In this document: positions 9,168 to 16,349 of the stretch, piece after piece
How the letters are laid out: every line of letters starts with the position of its first letter
Numbering within the stretch: the first letter of the stretch is position 1
NCBI RefSeq assembly: GCF_006345805.1
Contig: NW_021825727.1
Coordinates: 1-16,349, forward strand
Reading direction: 5' to 3'
Length of the DNA stretch: 16,349 nucleotides
From: Octopus sinensis
Lineage: Eukaryota
The notes under the pieces: generated by a model
Told to the model about the DNA's origin: nothing
Databases searched by the model: none
What the model saw: only the letters and a program-made list of their open reading frames with translations
Program-made: the position numbers and the translations under genes

Positions 9168-9383
9168 TATATATGAAAGAAGGTTTGAAAATGCAATTTT
9201 AAAAGATGTTAATTTACTTTACCGGTTTCACTTTTTAGAAAAAGATTGTCAAAACCAACTTTTACATGTTACTTTTGATAATCTTTTTCTAAAAGTGAAA
9301 CCGGTAAAGTAATTAACATCTTTTAAAATTGCATTAAATAAACATTTCTTAAAATTGCATTTTCAAACCTTCTTTCATATATA
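9168..9383. mobile_element. Fold-back mini-element: 87/111-bp inverted arms, 18-nt spacer, ending in (TA)n
   Basis: Arms 9168-9254 and 9273-9383 differ by 1 substitution, two 1-nt indels and a 26-nt indel bounded by the direct repeat TTAAAATTGCAT (9323-34, 9349-60). Confidence 0.85.
9268..9313 (+). ncRNA. Type I hammerhead-like motif with compensated U3-A8 core (UUGAUAA)
   Basis: Stem I UUACUU(9269-74)/AAGUAA(9307-12), core 9275-81, stem II CUUUU/AAAAG with a flanking U-U, GAAA 9297-9300, palindromic stem III ACCGGU, site GUA^9306. Confidence 0.62.
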
Positions 9384-9388
9384 TATAT

Positions 9389-9431
<43 letters not shown>

Positions 9432-9679
9432 ATATATACATATCTATATACATATATATTCTTACGTACAATATATTATGAATAGATATAATATATATAT
9501 ATATATGACCAGTTAATGCCAATACTAAATGTTAATATGATTTACCAAAACCAATAGGTATGACAAAAACATTTTGTTTCGCGCTCCTTATATACAAAAG
9601 TTCGAGCGAGATAGATTTAGTCTCTAACGCGAGTCTGGATGAAACGTAGTGTATTTTGTTCGAGTTGTATTTTAATAAA

Positions 9680-9725
9680 ATACACACACACAAACACAAA
9701 CACACACACACACACACACAAACAT

Positions 9726-9797
<72 letters not shown>

Positions 9798-9805
9798 CTA
9801 TATAT

Positions 9806-9858
<53 letters not shown>
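9680..9858. repeat. (CA)n(TA)n microsatellite
   Basis: Direct reading. Confidence 0.95.
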
Positions 9859-9862
<4 letters not shown>

Positions 9863-10038
9863 TTGTACTATAAGATATAAGTTCAGAAAATTCGTGGTTA
9901 TGACATTAGCTCCTCTAACGAACACGGCTATCAGTGCACATAGTGATCCAATACAGAGTTCCCATGCATTAGAAATCTGGAAGATCTGGTCAATGAAATT
10001 ATCTCGTGAGGCGTATATAAGCCATAAAACGTTAAGAA

Positions 10039-10158
10039 GTATGAGAGATAAATACATTTATTTAACCACTTGATGTTATTCCACACTGAAGAAGACTACG
10101 AAACGGCTGTAATGCCAAGGAAGTTAAGTGGTTAAATATATGTATTCACCTCTCATAC
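10039..10158 (+). mobile_element. Fold-back mini-element (33-bp inverted arms) with a hammerhead-like core in the 54-nt loop
   Basis: Arms 10039-10071 and 10126-10158 (3 mismatches). The loop holds CUGAAGA 10086-92, a 1-bp stem II, GAAA 10100-03, self-complementary ACGGCUGU and GUA^10111. Stem I is not convincing. Confidence 0.55.
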
Positions 10159-10231
10159 CCCCTCATACATTTTATTGTTTATAAATACACACAGAGAGAC
10201 ACACAGATGCACACACACTCACACATTCGCA

Positions 10232-10264
<33 letters not shown>

Positions 10265-10269
<5 letters not shown>

Positions 10270-10497
10270 ATATAATTCGAGACAAAACCACTACTTTGCA
10301 AAACAAACAGGAAAGACTTAATCAATACATAAAATTTCTTTATATAAAAATTTTATGTATTGATTAAGTCTTTCCTTGTTTGTTTTGCAAAGTAGTGGTT
10401 TTGTCTCGAATTATATTATATAATATTTTTACTATAAAATTGGATTTAATCCTAAATCTGATTTTTCCCTGTAAATTTGGATTTATTCCCTAATATT

Positions 10498-10500
<3 letters not shown>
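10265..10500. mobile_element. Fold-back mini-element: 73/74-bp near-perfect inverted arms plus a unique right tail, between (TA)n tracts
   Basis: Arms 10265-10337 and 10348-10421 have no substitutions and one 1-nt indel, with a 10-nt spacer. No hammerhead core was found. Confidence 0.8.
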
Positions 10501-10548
<48 letters not shown>

Positions 10549-10849
10549 ATATATCCACATTATATAGTGGTAATGCCATAGTAATCCTTTATAATCTACA
10601 CATGCACTATTCTATACAATGGAATGTAATATTATGTGCATTATTATTTGTCTATATTTGCTATTTTTATTGTTATTTTTGTTTTACATTTATAATTCGT
10701 GTGTGTGTATGTATGTATGTACGTATGTATGTATGTATTGATATTGATACAGTATTTCATGTATTATGTAGTTTCTTTTAGCCTCCTGAGCCGAGGCCAT
10801 GATGGAGCACAATATTCAAGTGTATTATAATTAAAATTATCATCGTATA

Positions 10850-11300
10850 AATATCATTATCATAAAAGAAATAAACCATTATTATGGTTTTCATACTAAG
10901 AAAATCATTGTTTTTGTAATTAATCATTATTGCTTATGTCAGCTAATAAGCATGATCGTGTATGTCTATACGTGTACGTAAACGTTACTGTACATTATTG
11001 AATACTTTTCATTAAACATCATCGTTCATATGTCTTAATAAATATTACCATGTTTGTGTGTGTATAATTATTACTATATATCATTGTTATTAGACATTAC
11101 TGTGTACATATATTACCCAACATTTCTGTATGTTTGCTAACAAACATTGTTGTACATAAGTTGTTAAAACATTATCCTATTAACGTTGCAACACATCATT
11201 ATATACGTGTAATTAGACCTTATCGTTCATGACATAAGAGGTTATTGTATGCTTGTTACTACATATTATTTTGTCTTTCTCATTAAACATTATTGTGTGA
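10850..11300. repeat. Decayed AT-rich minisatellite-like region
   Basis: Recurring AAACATT(A/G)TTGT and CATCATCGTTCAT-like words near 11013, 11091, 11139, 11165, 11213 and 11283. No clean period could be read. Confidence 0.35.
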
Positions 11301-11341
11301 TAATAAATCTCTGAACGAGGTATAAACAGTAACTGCACGAC

Positions 11342-11690
11342 AATGTGAGGTATATTTGCCTTCTCAATATGGCTAACCACAAAGGGTGGGTGTTACTGTG
11401 GCTTGTAGCCCCAGGAGAACATCTTCTCCAGCTGGCTTTAGGCACACTTTCTGTGCCCTTAAGGTATTTGCAAATACCTTAAGGGCACAGAAAGTGTGTC
11501 AAAAGCCAGCTGGAGAAGATATTCTCCTGGGGCTACAAGCTACAATAACACCCACCCTTAGTGGTTACTTTAAGGGCACAGAAAGTGTGCCTAAAGCCAG
11601 CTGGAGAAGATGTTCTCCTGGGGCTACAAGCTACAATAACACCCACCTTTAGTGGTTAGCCATATTGAGATGGCAAATATACTTCACATT
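11342..11690. repeat. Spacerless palindrome (129-bp left arm) with a 91-bp tandem duplication in the right arm
   Basis: Axis 11470/11471 and a perfect 56-bp core at 11443-11498. Duplicated units 11477-11567 and 11568-11658. Outer ends 11342 and 11690 pair. Confidence 0.92.
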
Positions 11691-11774
11691 ATTGTGTGAA
11701 TTTTATTAAATATTATCTATAAAGCTGTCGACAGATTTACAATAACGAATTATTACGTTTGCTATCCGTGTGTG

Positions 11775-11803
11775 TTTTCTCTTTTTTCTCCCTCTCTTTA
11801 CAG
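11775..11803 (+). promoter_or_regulatory. 3' splice acceptor (polypyrimidine tract plus TTACAG)
   Basis: TTTTCTCTTTTTTCTCCCTCTCTTTACAG immediately before an open, non-repetitive frame. Confidence 0.8.
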
Positions 11804-12104
11804 AGGTAGCTCATTGGAAAATTATGACATCAACTCCAGACAGACTCATGTTGGGTATGATGAGCAGGAACTTTCCGTCGATATGTACAATGATGAAGTA
11901 GATTTTACAACTAAAACTCCAGTTTCTGTGCTCAGTTCTTCCGATGTTTTACTTGATACCACTCTCAGGGAACATGAAGCTTCCAAGAACACCAGAAACA
12001 AGCACTCAACATTCTATGGAGATCTTCCCGCTTATCCATATGTAAATGGCACCGCCATTCTTTCACCACAGAATTTAGAACATTTAAACACAACTGATAT
12101 ATGA
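11804..12104 (+). CDS. Terminal coding exon (phase-2 start, 99 full codons GSSLENY...LNTTDI) of an unidentified gene, probably a membrane-protein cytoplasmic tail with a C-terminal PDZ-binding motif
   Basis: Strong acceptor, complex acidic Ser/Thr-rich peptide, TGA at 12102-04, then an abrupt shift to A/T-run UTR-like DNA. T-D-I-COOH fits the class I PDZ ligand S/T-x-hydrophobic. Resemblance to cadherin-related tails ending TTDL/TTEL is recollection only. Confidence 0.72.
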
Positions 12105-13183
12105 AAGACATTTTATAAAACCCCCATCTAAAAATTATGTGAAGAAATTTATTAAGTTGAAAATCCCCCAAATATAAAAAAGGTTAAAAAAAATTATATA
12201 TATATATATAATAATACAGAGAGACATGTTTAATTTTCAAATGCACAAAAGACGAAGCTGGTGAATGGCAAACGACTTTTTAAGGAAAAAAAAAATCTTT
12301 TTTTCTCTCCCCCCAAAAGATGTCTTTCACTTTGTTCTCGGATAAACTAAGTGGATTTGATATGCATTTAAAAATACTATTACCGTTATCTATTGTCTCC
12401 CGGCTGAGACGACTCAGATGGCTTGGTGCTGGCTTGAGATTATGGACACAGAAACAGAAGCAAGACGCAAAGATTATTGAAAACAAACAATAGAATAGCG
12501 ATGGGTCGGGTGGGGAGAGTATAAAATCTCAAAAGATAAATTTAGTAAATATAATTAATAGAAATATTCCATCGTTAGTTTCGGGTGAAGAAAAGGCGGT
12601 ATCGAGTTTGACTTTCTTCTTTTATTTTTTTTTTATTATTATTATTATTATGATTTTCCTCTTCACTTCTGTCAGTACACATGAATTAAAAAAAAAAAAA
12701 ACCTAAAACCCAACTGGAACATCTCATCACCGTAAATGATATAAATTCCAAGAATCAAAAAAGCAAGAAAATAAAGAACGAAACCGAAAAAAACAAAAAA
12801 GAATACAATTATATGTAAATTGCTTCTCCGACTTCACAAAACAATGAAGGTTTTATTTTGCACTCATTAACAAAAATGAAATTCGGAACTAAAACAAATA
12901 ATGGACAACATTTTTTATATATGCTGGATTGTCCTGGTTTTCCAGACGACACTCGAAAACTGAAGAAATTCTCAATATGTTTTTGTTTCTTTAGTTTGTA
13001 ATATCAATGATTTCTGTTGTTTGGTTCTTTCTTTCTGTTTTTCACCATTATTTTCTCTCAGAGGGAGCCGGGGAGGGCTATTTTTTTTTTTTCTTTAATT
13101 AATTACTCAGAAATTTTTTCAAGAGGTTATGTCAACAGAAACATTTGGGTTGCGGGGGATAACCCCATTCATATTTGTATCTT

Positions 13184-13185
<2 letters not shown>

Positions 13186-13233
<48 letters not shown>
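13186..13233. repeat. (AAT)16 microsatellite
   Basis: 16 perfect units. Confidence 0.98.
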
Positions 13234-13234
<1 letters not shown>

Positions 13235-14479
13235 TTCATAATTATGTACTTTTCTTCATTATTCTGTTTATTTGGACTTTTGAGGATTTCCAAGACGAGG
13301 CTGAGGTGGAGGGAAGGGAAGAAGAATCCTGGTTTTCCTTTTATTTCCAATTTTTTTCGGTTTTGTTTTTGTTTATGTTCTTTTTTTATTAAATTTTAGT
13401 AGATTTTGTTTCGTTGTGTTTATTTTTTTTTTTTATCTTTTTGTGTTTTTTTTTTCTTAATATTAATTTTAATTTCATTTTTAACAAACAATAATTGAAA
13501 ATTCTATTTAGAAAAACCAAAAAATAAAACAGGAAAAGGAAAATGAGAAACAGAAACAATATTAAGAAAAATAACTAAAATTTCCAAGATTTCCAGTCGG
13601 AAAACTTAAAGCTTGCAGCTTTCTGAGTCAGTGGATTTAAGCTGGTTCAGTGATTAAGTGAAGAGAAAAGGTAGAAGAAGCATTAATGACATATACTAAT
13701 TATTCCATTGATCACAATCAGAAGATGGATGAAACACAGAAGAGAGAGACAGATAGATAAAGAGAGAGAAAGGTGAGAGCAGATGAGAAATAAGGGAAAG
13801 CAGACGACAGAGGAAGAAAGAGAAAGAAAGAGAACGGAACAGATGAAAATAAAAATGTAAAATTACTCACCGTTTCGTTGAGATTTTCTTTTTTTTTTCT
13901 GTAAAATTTGTTTAAAAAAGAAAGGAAATATTATTTCACTGAAACTTCAGACAATTTCTGTTCGTGTTTGTCTTTTAAAGAGAAAATAACATTTGAATAA
14001 GAAAAAATAATGTAAGGGAAGAGCAAATCAAAAAAAAAATGTTAATTTCAAAAAATAACTAAAAACGAAAAGGAAAAAAAAGAAAACGGAAGAAAGAAAA
14101 AACTAAGGGAAAGACGAAGGAAAGAATGAACGAATATTAATTAAAAAAAACCATCTCTTTCTTATACGAAAAAATAAATTAACATGCGTGAAATTTTCAA
14201 TAAAGAAATTTTTTTTTTGATTTTTAGGAAAGATTACGATTTCTCCCTTTATTTTTTGAATTTTAATTTTTTTCAATTCTTTAACATTTTTAGTTGTTTT
14301 TGCTATTGTTTTTATTTTGTTGTCTTTTTTAAGTGTTTTGTGGCTATAACAGAATGTCATAAAATATAACTCTTTAAATGTTGAATTGTGAGATTAATTT
14401 GTGACTATATATGTATGTATGTATATAAATATGTACATTAACATGTGTACATGAATGTATGTGTGTATATTATATATAT

Positions 14480-14696
14480 GTGACCTCGTGAGTACCGCCG
14501 GCGATTTTTTTCTTCTGTCTTCCCTTCTCGGGATCTTTCCTTCTCCTATGTTTCCGAATAAGAGCTCCGCTCGAAACGTTAAACCCTCCTTCTTCCCTTC
14601 TTTCCTGAGCGTCCATAATACTTTATTATTCACGTCCCGCTTGTTGTGTTTTTTTGGGGGTTTTTTTTGTGTTTTCTTGTTTGGATTAACTTTAAC
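14480..14696 (+). mobile_element. Short element between (TA)n tracts with a degenerate hammerhead-like motif at 14550-14584
   Basis: Stem I GUUU/AAAC, core CCGAAUA (14554-60, G8 lost), extra A, stem II GAGC-UCC-GCUC, GAAA, palindromic ACGU, site GUU^14580, then a pyrimidine/T-rich tail. Confidence 0.65.
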
Positions 14697-14828
14697 TATA
14701 TAATATATATATCTATATATATTATATATAGATATATATATATAGTATATATATATATATATATATATTATATATCTATATATATATTGTGTGTGTGGGG
14801 GTGTGTGTGTGTATATATATAATATATT
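14697..14828. repeat. (TA)n/(TG)n microsatellite
   Basis: Direct reading. Confidence 0.9.
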
Positions 14829-14893
14829 TAACCCCAAACATGAAAACACAACAACGCGAGAACGTGGAACAAGTAATAGTATTATTGAACGCT
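14829..14893 (-). mobile_element. Inverted partial copy of the tail of the 14480-14696 element
   Basis: The reverse complement AGCGTTCAATAATACT...CACGTTCTCGCGTTGTTGTGTTTT aligns with AGCGTCCATAATACT...CACGTCCCGCTTGTTGTGTTTT starting at 14608. Confidence 0.7.
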
Positions 14894-15100
14894 ATGTATA
14901 TATACATACATAGTATATATGTATGTACATTTGTAGTATAACCCACAAAGTGTAAACATAGACCTATGCTTATGCTGTTTGGGATAGGTTGACTACATGT
15001 ATGAACAAAGGACTAGACTTTTATTTAGCAATATTTCATATTTCATATTTTGGCCCATAATTCATAGATACAAATCACGTGAGATACACGTCTATTCTAT

Positions 15101-15135
<35 letters not shown>

Positions 15136-15139
15136 GATT

Positions 15140-15450
15140 GCTCTTTCTAGTCAGAACAGAAACAGCCAGCCCTTCATTGAACCTTGCACCACCATATGCA
15201 CACATCTGCCTCTTCAGCTCAGCTTCCGTTCTACGAGCACGTTCACAGATGTAACACTTGACATCCTTCCATCTTCCATTCTGACAGCATGACCGGGGCA
15301 ACGCGTCTGCTTCAAAATTATTCTTTTCTCAATACTGGTGTTGCTCGTTTTCTCAACTATAACAGCATCGCGTGTGTAAGAGGACCGTGGCTCTCCGCAG
15401 AATAAGGTCCTTGAAATGGGTGAACAGCTTATGAAAAGGTAAGACTCCGA
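15140..15450 (-). mobile_element. Decayed RTE-clade LINE fragment (C-terminal region)
   Basis: Minus: DAVIVEKTSNTSIEKRIILKQTRCPGHAVRMEDGRM resembles the RTE motif N.EVL.R...TSIE..I...LRW.GHV.RM.D.R. Confidence 0.72.
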
Positions 15451-15461
15451 CATCACATAAA

Positions 15462-15822
15462 TCTTTATACATAAAAGTAAGGTTAACAACTCCCACATTT
15501 TGCGGTGCAGTTTAACCAAAACCGGGTATCTTATAGTCGTGATTCATATCGAGCCCTTCTGGGTATTAGCGCGCGTCTACGATGAGTCTACGATTTTTAA
15601 AAAATTTACCATCAATTTTTCCCATTTTTAATGCATTTTTGGCATATATAAGGGAAGTAACTCTTTAAAAATTTATTATTAAATCTCAGAACGTAAAAAG
15701 CTACAGTAACAACCCCCTTTGTGGTTAACCATATTGAGATGGCTATTATACTTTATATCTCTAAAAATGCTTATATAGTTATTTCCCTTACAAACCCGAG
15801 CAACGCCGGGCGATACTGCTAG
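15462..15822 (+). mobile_element. Non-autonomous Helitron (copy 2, same family as 6585-6984)
   Basis: A|TC start at 15462, hairpin CCCG-N8-CGGG 15795-15810, CTAG|T end at 15822. The last 65 nt and a 100-nt block (15498-15597) are identical to copy 1. Confidence 0.9.
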
Positions 15823-15958
15823 TTTCTTATAAAACCTCTGTAAAAACTGCCGGACACATTCTAAACAATCACCAAACATCCTGCCTTCTTGCTGCTTTAG
15901 TTAAATAAATTAATACAAACTGAATCAAAGCAGAGATGCCGTGAATATTTAAATGCTG

Positions 15959-16141
15959 AAGGCGGTGAGCTGGCAGAAACGTTAGCACGTCTTTACGTTC
16001 TGAGTTCAAATTCCGCCGAGGTCGACTTTGCCTTTCATCCGTTCGGGGTCAATAAATCAAGTACCTGTTGCGTACTGGGGTCGATCTAATCGACTGGCCC
16101 TCCTCCCCCAAAATTTCGGGCCTTGTGCCTAAAGTAGAAAA
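15959..16141 (+). mobile_element. tRNA-derived SINE with 16-bp target-site duplication
   Basis: GAATATTTAAATGCTG at 15943-15958 and 16142-16157. A-box-like TGGCAGAAACG at 15971-81 and B box GAGTTCAAATTCC at 16002-14. Confidence 0.9.
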
Positions 16142-16175
16142 GAATATTTAAATGCTGGTTTAGCTTCTCTTTTGT

Positions 16176-16349
16176 GAAGGTGCGTGGTCTAGTGGTTAAA
16201 GTGCTGCACTTGCGATCTTTGCGACCATGGTTTCGATTTCCGTACTGGGTGGTGCATTGTGTTCTTGAGTAAAACACTCCATTTTTCATTGCTCCATTCC
16301 TTTCAGCTGTGAAGGAGTAACCCTGAGATAGGACTGAGATAAACAATAA
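16176..16349 (+). mobile_element. Diverged tRNA-derived SINE (family of 3514-3740)
   Basis: A box TGGTCTAGTGG 16185-95, B-box-like GGTTTCGATTTCC 16229-41, and a shared body motif TCTTGA..AAACACT.CATTT. Confidence 0.7.

Noticed and set aside
9168-10421. Classifying the inverted repeats as MITEs
   Set aside because: The arms are asymmetric with one-sided tails, there are no shared terminal motifs between elements, and TSDs cannot be separated from the (TA)n. Not fully excluded for 10265-10421.
11386-11652. 88-aa ORF with internally repeated peptide
   Set aside because: A by-product of the DNA palindrome and its duplication, with no protein features.
13864-13873. Strong minus-strand splice donor ACG|GTGAGTA
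   Set aside because: Isolated motif with no supported exon or partner acceptor. It can occur by chance in 16 kb.
12105-14460. Short ORFs in the A/T-run region (poly-N, poly-I, Phe/Lys-rich)
   Set aside because: Compositional artefacts of UTR-like or intergenic homopolymer runs and (AAT)16.

Overview
Eukaryotic, AT-rich, microsatellite-dense DNA. The SINE, RTE and Helitron families look like octopus/cephalopod repeats (recognised from memory, not verified). No prokaryotic genes or CRISPR are present. One credible host exon is visible: a + strand terminal coding exon (11804-12104) behind a strong splice acceptor, ending in a class I PDZ-type motif (-TTDI). The upstream ~11.8 kb is therefore probably intron. 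It is filled with tRNA-derived SINEs, decayed RTE-clade LINEs (one with a 169-bp segment amplified 4x), a non-autonomous Helitron (its sister copy lies beyond the exon) and simple repeats. The most striking unexplained structure is a set of eight short elements beside (TA)n/(CA)n tracts that each contain a type I hammerhead-ribozyme-like fold, usually with a palindromic stem III as in Penelope-like elements. Six of them sit inside or beside an inverted (fold-back) copy of their own sequence. Several carry non-standard cores: CCGANGA-type in three unrelated elements and a compensated U3-A8 core in one. Two further large palindromes lack a ribozyme core. All folds were derived by eye and none is experimentally validated.
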